A stretch of DNA of 64,000 bases from a bacterium (lineage in GTDB: Bacteria > Patescibacteriota > Minisyncoccia > Phycocordibacterales > UBA12088): assembly GCA_003252295.1 (NCBI GenBank), contig QKEV01000013.1:25920-89919 (forward strand), in the 5' to 3' direction. Positions 47,832-56,307 of the stretch are shown here, piece by piece. Position 1 is the stretch's first letter. The number at the start of each line of letters is the position of its first letter. The position numbers and the translations under genes were made by a program. The notes under the pieces were generated by a model, which worked only from the letters and a program-made list of their open reading frames with translations, did not search any database and was not told where the DNA came from.

Positions 47832-48920
47832 ATGAATAAAACCATTCTTACTATTTTGGCAGTCGCTGCTGCCTGCCTACTTATTATTGTTAATTTTAGA
47901 ACCATGACAAACAACACAAAAGCAACAACGGAAACAAAAGAAGTTGACATTGACGGTTTAACTTTTGAACTCAGTGACAACGTTACGGTTGAGCGAGTCG
48001 TATATAAAAATCGCTACGGCATTGAGATTGCCGGTGACATGTATCTCAGTAAAGACTTTGATAAGTCAGAGAAGCACCGAGCACTCATCATCGGTACGCC
48101 ATACGGTGGTGTCAAAGAGCAAGGTGCGGGTATATACGCACAAAACATGGCAGAACGAGGATTTGTGGCAATCACCTTTGACGAATCATACAACGGCGAC
48201 AGTGGTGGTGTGGGAAGTTTTAAAGACGTGTCCTCGCCTGAGATCTTTGTTGAGGACTTTAGCGCAGGTGTAGACTTTCTTGGATCACTACCTTTTGTAG
48301 ATAGAGAAAAGATAGGTGCAATAGGTATTTGTGGTAGTGGAGGTTTTGCTCTCACTGCAGCACAAGTTGATCCGCGCATTAAGGCAGTTGCCACAGCAAG
48401 CATGTATGACATAAGCAGTATGGTGCGAGATGGCTTTGCTTACTCTTTGACCGATGAGGCACGTGAGCAAATGAAAGTACAACTCGCAGAGCAACGATGG
48501 ACAGACTTTGCAAACGGATACTCAGCAGTACCCGAGGGTGGTTGGCCAACTGACGGTCCAGCAGAAACACTTCCTGAAGGACTACCAGAAGTGATGTCAG
48601 AATTCTTCGAGTACTACGGTATGGAGAGAGGATGGCACCCAAACACGATGCCAAACTTTACCTTGACCAGCTCCCTCGCCTTCATGAACTTCCCTCTCAT
48701 GACACACCTAGAGGAGATCTCACCAAGACCAATCCTCTTCATAATGGGAGAAAATGCTCACTCAAGGTACTACACCGAGGAAGCGTACGAGAAGGCTGCT
48801 GAACCAAAGGAACTCGTAGTTGTTCCAGAAGCACGACACATTGACCTCTACGATGGAGGCGACAAGGACTACATTCCATTTGAAAAGATTGACACATTCT
48901 TTAAGGAGAACTTGAAGTAA
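47832..48920 (+). CDS. Secreted/anchored alpha/beta hydrolase, dienelactone-hydrolase-like (Cys nucleophile GxCxSGG)
   Basis: 362 aa; N-terminal hydrophobic anchor; nucleophile elbow IGAIGICGSGGFAL. Confidence 0.55.
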   Translation: MNKTILTILAVAAACLLIIVNFRTMTNNTKATTETKEVDIDGLTFELSDNVTVERVVYKNRYGIEIAGDMYLSKDFDKSEKHRALIIGTPYGGVKEQGAGIYAQNMAERGFVAITFDESYNGDSGGVGSFKDVSSPEIFVEDFSAGVDFLGSLPFVDREKIGAIGICGSGGFALTAAQVDPRIKAVATASMYDISSMVRDGFAYSLTDEAREQMKVQLAEQRWTDFANGYSAVPEGGWPTDGPAETLPEGLPEVMSEFFEYYGMERGWHPNTMPNFTLTSSLAFMNFPLMTHLEEISPRPILFIMGENAHSRYYTEEAYEKAAEPKELVVVPEARHIDLYDGGDKDYIPFEKIDTFFKENLK

Positions 48921-48924
48921 CTAT

Positions 48925-49482
48925 ATGGAAGGTAAGTCTACAAAATTAACAACATGGATAGGTTTGGGAGTACTGTGTGTTGCAATAGTTGTAGTTGCTC
49001 AAGTAGCAAGAAACACTGACAACCACACAAAAGAAAACCTACCTCTCAACCAAATAAAAACAAATACTATGAACAACGAAACAAAACAAGAAGATACTAT
49101 CTTCCCAAGGGGCGACAAGGCACCAAATGCAGTCTTTACCGGCGACGTATACGTAAACATGCTCATACCTGATACTGACGGTGTATACAACACACAAGCA
49201 TACAACGTAGAATTTGAACCAGGTGCACGTACCTTTTGGCACTCACATCCAGGAGGGCAACTCTTGCTTGTGACCGAAGGAGTTGGCTACTACCAGGAAG
49301 AAGGAAAGCCAGCACGCCGTCTCACGAAAGGAGATGTAGTTGAGATTCCTATCAACGTAAAGCACTGGCACGGTGCTGCACCAGACAGTCACTTTACCCA
49401 TATAGGTATGAGTACCAGAGTAGATACTGGACCTGCAGAGTGGCTCGGAGAAGTAACTGATGAGGAGTACAATGCTATATAA
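48925..49482 (+). CDS. Cupin-domain protein with N-terminal membrane anchor
   Basis: 185 aa; cupin motifs WHSHPGGQLLLV and EIPINVKHWHGA. Confidence 0.65.
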   Translation: MEGKSTKLTTWIGLGVLCVAIVVVAQVARNTDNHTKENLPLNQIKTNTMNNETKQEDTIFPRGDKAPNAVFTGDVYVNMLIPDTDGVYNTQAYNVEFEPGARTFWHSHPGGQLLLVTEGVGYYQEEGKPARRLTKGDVVEIPINVKHWHGAAPDSHFTHIGMSTRVDTGPAEWLGEVTDEEYNAI

Positions 49483-49486
49483 GTAA

Positions 49487-50578
49487 GTGATTATTGATAT
49501 GCATTGGTGGAATTTTGTTCTGTTTATAGGGGTTGCATGGGGAGTACTCTTCTCCATGCATTGGGTAGTGTATACACCCATCTCAAGGGTGTATAACGTT
49601 ACCCTTCCCCACTCTTTTCTCGTGTTGAGCTTTTTCTCACTACTCTACTTCCTTGCGAGTATGGTAGTACGTAGTACGGATCATATCGTGGGCACCCTGT
49701 TCTACTACGTTGCTTCAGTATGGCTGGGTGTACTGTTTCTCATGTTCTCAGTACTTCTCGTATACGGACTCGTACACATCACGACTGGATTTGATTCACG
49801 TGTAGTACTCACCGTACTAATTACTGTCACCCTTGGTCTCTCTGTGTACGCACTCGTACAAGGTCGGCAACTAATCACAAAGGAGTACACCGTACCACTT
49901 GAGCACCTCAGTACACCACTACACGTAGTACATCTGTCAGACATCCATGTAGGTACCGTGCATGGAGAAAAGTACCTGCAAGAGGTAGTACAAAAAACAA
50001 ACGCTCTCAATCCTGACCTCATACTCATCACCGGAGATCTCTTTGATGGTTCTGCACCTATTCACACAGAAATGCTCACGGTACTCGACAGCTTTAATGC
50101 ACCTGCATACTTTTCAAACGGCAACCACGAACAGTACGAAGGACTCGACAAGGTACGAAACACACTAGGGACTCTCAAGATGCAACTCTTGGAAAATGAA
50201 CTCATTGAGTACAAGGGTGTGCAGGTTGTAGGGGTAAACGACAGACAGAGTCTACCCCGTGGCACCTCACTCAATGATGTGCTTGATACGTTTACACTCG
50301 ACGGCAACAAACCAACCATACTCATGTACCATTCCCCTGCTGACTGGGAGGTAGCTCGTGCCGCAGGCGTTACCTTCATGCTCTCAGGACACACTCACAA
50401 TGGACAGATATACCCGTTCAACTTACTTGTTCGTGCAGCGTTTCGCAACCTCAACGGTCTCTACGAAGAGCAAGGTTACTATCTTCATATCTCCCCCGGT
50501 ACCGGTACCTGGGGACCACCCATGCGCTTGGGCTCAAGAAACCAAATCACACTTTTAAACTTAGTACCGAAGGAGTAG
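49487..50578 (+). CDS. Membrane-anchored metallophosphoesterase (calcineurin-like)
   Basis: 363 aa; 4-5 N-terminal TM; HLSDIHVG, GDLFDG, GNHE and SGHTHNGQ motifs. Confidence 0.85.
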   Translation: MIIDMHWWNFVLFIGVAWGVLFSMHWVVYTPISRVYNVTLPHSFLVLSFFSLLYFLASMVVRSTDHIVGTLFYYVASVWLGVLFLMFSVLLVYGLVHITTGFDSRVVLTVLITVTLGLSVYALVQGRQLITKEYTVPLEHLSTPLHVVHLSDIHVGTVHGEKYLQEVVQKTNALNPDLILITGDLFDGSAPIHTEMLTVLDSFNAPAYFSNGNHEQYEGLDKVRNTLGTLKMQLLENELIEYKGVQVVGVNDRQSLPRGTSLNDVLDTFTLDGNKPTILMYHSPADWEVARAAGVTFMLSGHTHNGQIYPFNLLVRAAFRNLNGLYEEQGYYLHISPGTGTWGPPMRLGSRNQITLLNLVPKE

Positions 50579-50614
50579 ATCAAAACATCCACCTTTATGG
50601 TGGGTGTTTTGTAT

Positions 50615-50634
50615 TGGTGCGCGTTAAGGGACTC
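50615..50634 (-). repeat. Displaced direct copy of the 3'-terminal 20 nt of tRNA-Val (incl. ACCA), ~140 nt downstream of the gene; an inverted 15-nt copy lies at 50708..50722
   Basis: tggtgcgcgttaagggactc matches 50773..50792 exactly; gagtcccttaacgcg at 50708..50722 is its reverse complement. Confidence 0.7.
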
Positions 50635-50772
50635 TCTCCTTACAGGAGCAGTACAGGTTTCCTGTATTTTAGTTCATTTCATTCCCAAAATACGAGGTAA
50701 CCTCTTCGAGTCCCTTAACGCGGAGAAACACTAACGCCTCCAATACTTATCGTATCGGAGGCGAAGTGTCTC

Positions 50773-50849
50773 TGGTGCGCGTTAAGGGACTCGAACCCCT
50801 GACCCTCTCGGTGTAAACGAGATGCTCTAGCCAACTGAGCTAAACGCGC
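50773..50849 (-). tRNA. tRNA-Val (anticodon TAC), CCA encoded
   Basis: GCGCGTT TA GCTCAGTTGGCTAGAGC A TCTCG-TTTACAC-CGAGA GGGTC AGGGG-TTCGAGT-CCCTT AACGCGC A CCA. Confidence 0.9.
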
Positions 50850-50892
50850 ATATGTATCGAATGAAATACTATCATATTTTACCAAAAAGTCA

Positions 50893-50925
50893 CCTGTGCC
50901 TTCGGAGGGAATCGAACCTCCAAGT
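50893..50925 (-). repeat. Orphan tRNA-Arg 3'-half fragment (T arm + acceptor; 25 nt identical to the intact gene), preceded by a 16-bp-stem hairpin (50926..50968)
   Basis: tgtgccttcggagggaatcgaacc is identical at 50893.. and 51094..; hairpin cactaagcataattg / caattatgctaagtg. Confidence 0.65.
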
Positions 50926-51053
50926 CACTAAGCATAATTGTTCGCTCCGACTCCAATTATGCTAAGTGCTCGTAGGCTCGGCTCGGCGCTTACTCGTGCC
51001 TTAGCACGCGCGCCTGCGCCCGGTTCGATTCCCACACAAAACAGCAAGCAGCA

Positions 51054-51088
51054 AAAATTCCTAACCTTACATAAGGTTAGGAATTTTT
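51054..51088. terminator. Bidirectional terminator hairpin next to tRNA-Arg; same 'ccttacataagg' core as the tRNA-His terminator
   Basis: aaaaattcctaacctta-cat-aaggttaggaattttt. Confidence 0.65.
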
Positions 51089-51095
51089 GCCACTG

Positions 51096-51167
51096 TGCCT
51101 TCGGAGGGAATCGAACCCCCATCTAGGGCTTAGAACACCCCAGCTTTATCCATTAAGCTACGAAGGC
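51096..51167 (-). tRNA. tRNA-Arg (anticodon TCT), no encoded CCA
   Basis: GCCTTCG TA GCTTAATGGATAAAGC T GGGGT-GTTCTAA-GCCCT AGAT GGGGG-TTCGATT-CCCTC CGAAGGC A; G-U pairs at the ends of the anticodon stem. Confidence 0.85.
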
Positions 51168-51322
51168 AAAACTTGTATACATATACCTGTGTCTTTTTTG
51201 AATATTATCCGTAGGTGTTCTAAGCAAGCTTATCTCCCTACGGGAGCTGTACACCTTTTGGATATTTCTGTTCACAAGTTCCAGAAATACCTCAAAAGGT
51301 CTTGCGAACGTGGCTTAAGCAC

Positions 51323-51356
51323 GTTCTCACACCCCAGCTTTATCCATTAAGCTACG
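51323..51356 (-). repeat. Orphan copy of the tRNA-Arg 5' half (acceptor + D arm + anticodon-stem 5' side; 34 nt identical)
   Basis: caccccagctttatccattaagctacgaaggcaa occurs at 51136.. and 51323.. Confidence 0.65.
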
Positions 51357-51407
51357 AAGGCAATAGTCGAAGTATACACTACCGCAAGTACACGATTCAT
51401 TCAAGAA

Positions 51408-51845
51408 CTATTCAGTAGTTTCTAATCCGCTCTCTGTTACTTCCTCAGTAACATTACCTTCATCTTCAGTACCATCTTCAGCACTCCCATCTTCCTCAAT
51501 CTCTGATTCCATCAAACCAAGATCAAAAGGTTGAGGAGGAACACTTACTGTTTCAATAAAAGAATTTTCTTTGGCACGGTATTGGTCAACTATATACTTT
51601 ACTCCATCTTTATTAGGGATGGCTGTTTGTATCTGATGCACCTCTTCTGAAAGTGCTTTTTCCCTCATAAGCTCCAGTGTAAAGTACACGTAAACACCTA
51701 TACCAACAAACACCAAACCAACCAGTAACACGAACACAAGTATCATGCGCCAATGTTTTGCAACAGGAAAATCATCACCTATGATCTTCTTATGTTTAAA
51801 GACCTCCTGTATCTTCTGTATGATTTTTTTATACTTGTTTTCCAT
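51408..51845 (-). CDS. Small membrane protein with acidic C-terminal tail (possible pilus-assembly accessory)
   Basis: 145 aa; one TM; E/D/T-rich tail; sits just downstream of the pilMNO-like genes. Confidence 0.35.
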   Translation of the reverse strand: MENKYKKIIQKIQEVFKHKKIIGDDFPVAKHWRMILVFVLLVGLVFVGIGVYVYFTLELMREKALSEEVHQIQTAIPNKDGVKYIVDQYRAKENSFIETVSVPPQPFDLGLMESEIEEDGSAEDGTEDEGNVTEEVTESGLETTE

Positions 51846-51852
51846 TTGTTAT

Positions 51853-52410
51853 CTATATTGTGTGAGCAACCAAATGCACCTTCCCTTTCAGTAAACCACC
51901 AAGCATTTCTTCATTTTCTAGCGAGAAGGCAACATTAAGTATAGAGAGCGCATAAGGAAGTTGTTCAAGTAAGACGAGAAAATGGTACACCTCACTCCAT
52001 TCACCCTCAACAGAAAGAATGAGTTGCACCTCTTTCTGCAGCTCTTTCGGATATTTTGACAGGAGCTTATCGTCATCAACATACTTCATATCAAGCTCAC
52101 TCACCTCAACAGCAGTACTTGCAGTCTGTGCAATCATGTCTATTTGCTCCAAGAAAGGTGTTGGATCTTCAATTGAAACAAAGTACTTATTAAACTCCTC
52201 TCTGTCGCTCGCAGTTTCATCGAGAAAGTGCCTCACTTCCTGTTGACTTTCAGAAACAACATCTACTGAGTGTAGTTCTTGTTCAAGTGTCACAAGTTTC
52301 TCTTGTTGTGATCGTACATATTTATACAACTGAACATAACCAAACAAAGCAACCACCATAAACAGAATGATAGTTATTGTTATCTTTTGTGTTGTTGAAA
52401 TATTTTTCAT
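51853..52410 (-). CDS. PilO-like type IV pilus assembly protein
   Basis: 185 aa; N-terminal TM, coiled coil, C-terminal alpha/beta domain; position after pilM-pilN. Confidence 0.5.
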   Translation of the reverse strand: MKNISTTQKITITIILFMVVALFGYVQLYKYVRSQQEKLVTLEQELHSVDVVSESQQEVRHFLDETASDREEFNKYFVSIEDPTPFLEQIDMIAQTASTAVEVSELDMKYVDDDKLLSKYPKELQKEVQLILSVEGEWSEVYHFLVLLEQLPYALSILNVAFSLENEEMLGGLLKGKVHLVAHTI

Positions 52411-52414
52411 ATCA

Positions 52415-52945
52415 CTATTCTTTTGCCATTTGCATATCCAGTGTAAAAGGCAGATCTGTATTCTTTGCCAAATCAGAAATCGGTATCGGGACTAACTCAA
52501 AATATTCACTCTCCTCAAGCGTTCGTGCAAAAGGCGCAACGAGATCACGAGTCTTTGCAACACCCTCTAACGTCATTCTGTTTTCCTTTCGATTGTAAGA
52601 AAAACCAATAATTGTTACCCTTTCTGGACGAAGGTCTGTCACTTCTTTGAAAATGTTTGTAAACTTTTTTTGCTCTAACATATCCTTCAGCACATACGTC
52701 ATGTACTGATGATACTCTAGCTCCTCACTAAGTTTTTTATTTGCTTCCACCTCTGTCTGTCGATCACTGTACTCCCTTTCTTTCTGCTCTATCTCACCTT
52801 TCACATGTATGTAACTTGGAAATAGTGCTATCACCCCAACACCTATTCCCAAAATAAAAAAGAAAAGTGTCATGTTGAGCACACGCAATGCATACTCCAC
52901 AGTTAATTCTTTTTTTCTATTCTTTGAAAGTAAATTTTGAAACAT
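52415..52945 (-). CDS. PilN-like type IV pilus assembly protein
   Basis: 176 aa; short cytoplasmic N-terminus, TM, coiled-coil periplasmic region. Confidence 0.5.
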   Translation of the reverse strand: MFQNLLSKNRKKELTVEYALRVLNMTLFFFILGIGVGVIALFPSYIHVKGEIEQKEREYSDRQTEVEANKKLSEELEYHQYMTYVLKDMLEQKKFTNIFKEVTDLRPERVTIIGFSYNRKENRMTLEGVAKTRDLVAPFARTLEESEYFELVPIPISDLAKNTDLPFTLDMQMAKE

Positions 52946-52947
52946 AC

Positions 52948-54093
52948 CTATTCACTTCTAGAGAGACTTCTCAGACCAAGCCCTACCGCAGTTGCATACT
53001 CGAGTGAGTTACTTGCGTGCATATCAGGAACATACTCATCGTAGAAAAACACTCTCTTCCAGACATCACCAACCTCAACAGACAGTTCAAGTACAGCTTC
53101 AAGGTACTCAACAAGACCCGCAATATTTGCATTACCGCCTACAACAATTACTCGGGACACCTCTTCTTCTTCTGTACCAGTACTGTTCATATGCATATGC
53201 CAGTACATAATATGTTTTTGTATTGACTGGGCAAAATTTGCAATCACTGGCTCAAAAGAATTGAACACCATCTCACTCTCTTCTGTGTCGCGCAAACCAT
53301 ACTTTCTCTTTAATTTTTCTGCTTCCTGAAAAGAAATATTCAAATCCCTCGCAATAGCTCTTGTAAAGTGGTCGCCACCAACATCGAGACTCGCAGTAAA
53401 AGTTACTTCTCCTTGTGTTGAGATAGATACACTTGAATTATTTCTACCTATGTCTACAACAAGAACAGGTCGATCATTTTCACCACCAAGCAACGTACGA
53501 GCTGTTGCTTGACCCTCTATTTCTAAAGAGAGGAGTGTAAACCCTGCCTCCTCTAAGGCACTCATGTACTGCATAACTATTCCCTGTGGGTACACAGAGA
53601 CATTCACATCATAAGTGTCTTTATGTTTCCTATATATTGAAAAATCGAACACTGCTTCATTTGCCTCTATTGGAACATTCTCCTTGAGATGAAATTCTAT
53701 TTTCTGCTCCACCTCAGTACGTGTCCCTTTTGGTACAGACATTTGAAAAAGGTAGGCATGCTCTTCTGGAAGTGCAAGATGCGCAAAGTTAAAGTTATAT
53801 TCATCACGAAGTCGAGTGAGCAATTTCACTACTGTCTCCATGTCTTTTATCTCACCTCGTTCAATAACCTCGAGTGGGAGATCTATCTTTCCATATGTTT
53901 CTAGATTTCTCCTACCCTTTTTGTTGGTGAGTGAAATATACTTGATAGCGTAATCAGAAATATCCAAACCAACGGCTGGCATCGCTAAATACTTTGGTAC
54001 AGGAAATGCTCGTACCAAACCTTGCACTGTTTTTCTTTGAATAGAACTGTTCTGCATAGACACTGCTGTCAAGATAAAGTATACACGCTTCAT
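52948..54093 (-). CDS. pilM: PilM-like actin-fold ATPase (type IV pilus assembly)
   Basis: 381 aa (true start possibly MPAVGLDISD); FtsA/PilM actin-like motifs VGLDISDYAIKY and VVGGNANIAGL. Confidence 0.7.
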   Translation of the reverse strand: MKRVYFILTAVSMQNSSIQRKTVQGLVRAFPVPKYLAMPAVGLDISDYAIKYISLTNKKGRRNLETYGKIDLPLEVIERGEIKDMETVVKLLTRLRDEYNFNFAHLALPEEHAYLFQMSVPKGTRTEVEQKIEFHLKENVPIEANEAVFDFSIYRKHKDTYDVNVSVYPQGIVMQYMSALEEAGFTLLSLEIEGQATARTLLGGENDRPVLVVDIGRNNSSVSISTQGEVTFTASLDVGGDHFTRAIARDLNISFQEAEKLKRKYGLRDTEESEMVFNSFEPVIANFAQSIQKHIMYWHMHMNSTGTEEEEVSRVIVVGGNANIAGLVEYLEAVLELSVEVGDVWKRVFFYDEYVPDMHASNSLEYATAVGLGLRSLSRSE

Positions 54094-54125
54094 GAGGTAT
54101 TACCTCGCAAAAATGTACACAACAC

Positions 54126-54716
54126 TTACCAGAGCAATTCGGGTAGATCAAAGTACACCGCAGCTACTATTGCAACAAGGAGAAGAACAACGATGGTGAT
54201 GTAGTTGAAATGATCCATATACCTCTCTGCAACTCGTGGTCCAAACTTATTAGCTATCCAAGCAACAAGATAGAAACGTAATCCTCTTCCAACGACTGTT
54301 GCTATCATAAAAGGTAGGAATGCAACTTTAAAGAAACCACCAGCAAGCACAAACACCTTGAAAGGTATTGGTGTAAAAGCAGCAGTGAGCACAGAGAGAA
54401 ACACATTCCCAGCGTAAAGCTCGCCTACATATGCAAACTGTTCAGAAAGGTTGTAGAAATGTATAAGTGGCTGCACCACTGGTTCAAAGACATAGAGACC
54501 AAGCAGGTAGCCGACAACTGCCCCGACAATAGATGCAAGTGTTGTGAGCATTGCATAGTACCTCCACCTCCCTGCTCGTGCTGCAAGGATAGGAATGAGG
54601 AGCATTTCAGAAATCAAAGGTAGACAAACCGTCTCTCCAAAAGAGAGAGCAATGAGCCAAAACTGAGCATACTTTGAGCCCGCCTTACCTTGAAACCACT
54701 TCCACAAACCTTTCAT
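54126..54716 (-). CDS. DedA-family (SNARE-associated/TVP38) membrane protein
   Basis: 196 aa; DedA signature region around LLIPILAARAGRW and GRGLRFYLVAW. Confidence 0.7.
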   Translation of the reverse strand: MKGLWKWFQGKAGSKYAQFWLIALSFGETVCLPLISEMLLIPILAARAGRWRYYAMLTTLASIVGAVVGYLLGLYVFEPVVQPLIHFYNLSEQFAYVGELYAGNVFLSVLTAAFTPIPFKVFVLAGGFFKVAFLPFMIATVVGRGLRFYLVAWIANKFGPRVAERYMDHFNYITIVVLLLVAIVAAVYFDLPELLW

Positions 54717-54719
54717 ATA

Positions 54720-55052
54720 CTAAGATAGCGTGGTGCCAACAGGGATATCATTCAGCGTAGGTTCAAGAATTGAAAACACCCCATCACTTGTTGATACTGC
54801 AAGTATCATTGCCTGACTCTCAAGCCCTCTGATCTTCCTCGACTCAAGGTTTGTAACGAATGGACACTTTACCCCTACGAGGGTTTGTATATCTTCAAAA
54901 TACTCATTGATACCTGATACCACTTGCCGAGGTTCCTCTTCTCCGAAATCAACCGTGAGACGTAAAAGCTTGTCAGTGTCAGGAACCCGTTCTACTGACT
55001 CTATCTTTCCGATCATCATTTCGATCTTTTTAAAATCTTCTATTGAAACCAT
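54720..55052 (-). CDS. tRNA-binding OB-fold protein (CsaA / MetRS C-terminal domain-like)
   Basis: 110 aa; IGKIESVERVPDTDKLLRLTVDFGEE...VVSGI pattern. Confidence 0.8.
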   Translation of the reverse strand: MVSIEDFKKIEMMIGKIESVERVPDTDKLLRLTVDFGEEEPRQVVSGINEYFEDIQTLVGVKCPFVTNLESRKIRGLESQAMILAVSTSDGVFSILEPTLNDIPVGTTLS

Positions 55053-55058
55053 ACTTTT

Positions 55059-55508
55059 TTAATTACTTGTACTTTCTTTAATTTCCTGGCGTTGCTTATC
55101 TAGATAAGTTTGTAAAATAAGAGCTGCTGCTGCTGCATCTACATCTATTTTTTTATTTTTCCTTGTTTTTACCTTATCTTCTAGAGCGCGACGAGCTTCT
55201 GCACTGGTGTACATCTCACTCACCTCCTCAACAGTTAACCCTGTCCTCACTTCAAGAGCACGTGAGAAAATAGCAATACGATGCACTATTGCATTCTCAC
55301 CACCAGCAGGATTATCCGCCTCACCTACAACAATCTTTTCTGCGCCTTCCTTTCGAGCAAGTTCTGCTATTTTTTCTAGGAGGGTGTCATCGTTCGGTAG
55401 CACATCTTTTGCAAACGCAAAAAACTGTGCATCATCAGAAACAGCAACTCCAACACGCTTCGCGCCATAGTCTACACCAATAACTCTACCTATCATTGCT
55501 ATGAGCAT
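55059..55508 (-). CDS. ruvX: Putative pre-16S rRNA nuclease / Holliday junction resolvase-like YqgF (RuvX)
   Basis: 149 aa; GVDYGAKRVGVAVSD and IVVGEADNPAGGEN motifs. Confidence 0.88.
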   Translation of the reverse strand: MLIAMIGRVIGVDYGAKRVGVAVSDDAQFFAFAKDVLPNDDTLLEKIAELARKEGAEKIVVGEADNPAGGENAIVHRIAIFSRALEVRTGLTVEEVSEMYTSAEARRALEDKVKTRKNKKIDVDAAAAALILQTYLDKQRQEIKESTSN

Positions 55509-55604
55509 AGCATTTTATACACTCAAATTACAGTGGAAAGGTAAAGTATTTCAAAAAAGAAAAAATCTGGTAAGATAACCACACTCAATTGAATATTGTG
55601 TACT

Positions 55605-55692
55605 GGAGGGGTGGCTGAGAGGTCGAAAGCACCTGTCTTGAAAACAGGCGTATCGAGAGGTACCGTGGGTTCGAATCCCACCCCCTCCGCCA
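55605..55692 (+). tRNA. tRNA-Ser (anticodon TGA), CCA encoded
   Basis: GGAGGGG TG GCTGAGAGGTCGAAAGC A CCTGT-CTTGAAA-ACAGG, long variable arm, GGGTTCGAATCCC, CCCCTCC G CCA. Confidence 0.9.
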
Positions 55693-55766
55693 GTTAGAGC
55701 TAGCACGAGACGCGTCAGAAATGATGCGTTTTATGCTAGTTTTGTAATAAGGGATATTGAGCTATT

Positions 55767-56261
55767 ATGTTGTTGATGAATGTACAAATACATAAATATA
55801 GAAGATTGCTTGTACTTGCAGTAAATGAATTGCTTAAGAAAGGATGTATTTCCTTAGATTATATTAATGATGAAAGAGATGAAAAAGAATTTGGACATCT
55901 TCAAACAAAACTTGTAGGATTTGAATCCATTATTCTATGGAGAAATATAGGTTACGGAGAACTGAAAGTGTCTGTTTGGTGGAATTATAATCACTCAAAA
56001 CACCCTCAGGCTGAAATGGAAGGTGATATGTATGAAAAATTCGATCATGAAAGTCCACTTGCAAAAAAAACAAGTTATCAAAATTTTGTGGGGGCAGTGA
56101 TCTCAGGAACGCTTGAAAGGAAAACTGGAAAATATTTGATGGGAAAAAACAGTGACGGAATAAGTCGCATATACCTTAGAAAAGATATGGGTGATATTTT
56201 AAACAACTTAGTTTCTCCTACTGCAACAGGATACTCCCCAGAAGGTAAATTTCATTTTTAA
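55767..56261 (+). CDS. Hypothetical protein, first gene of the island
   Basis: 164 aa; AT-rich codon usage; no recognisable motif. Confidence 0.3.
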   Translation: MLLMNVQIHKYRRLLVLAVNELLKKGCISLDYINDERDEKEFGHLQTKLVGFESIILWRNIGYGELKVSVWWNYNHSKHPQAEMEGDMYEKFDHESPLAKKTSYQNFVGAVISGTLERKTGKYLMGKNSDGISRIYLRKDMGDILNNLVSPTATGYSPEGKFHF

Positions 56262-56307
56262 TTTATTTTTTAGATATAAAGACGTTGATATTAGGACTAA
56301 GTGAATC

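Noticed and set aside
50893-50968. A fifth complete tRNA (e.g. long-variable-arm Ser/Leu/Sec) formed by the 16-bp hairpin plus the T-arm/acceptor fragment
   Set aside because: No complementary 5' acceptor strand, D arm or anticodon arm could be placed; only the 3' half is present.
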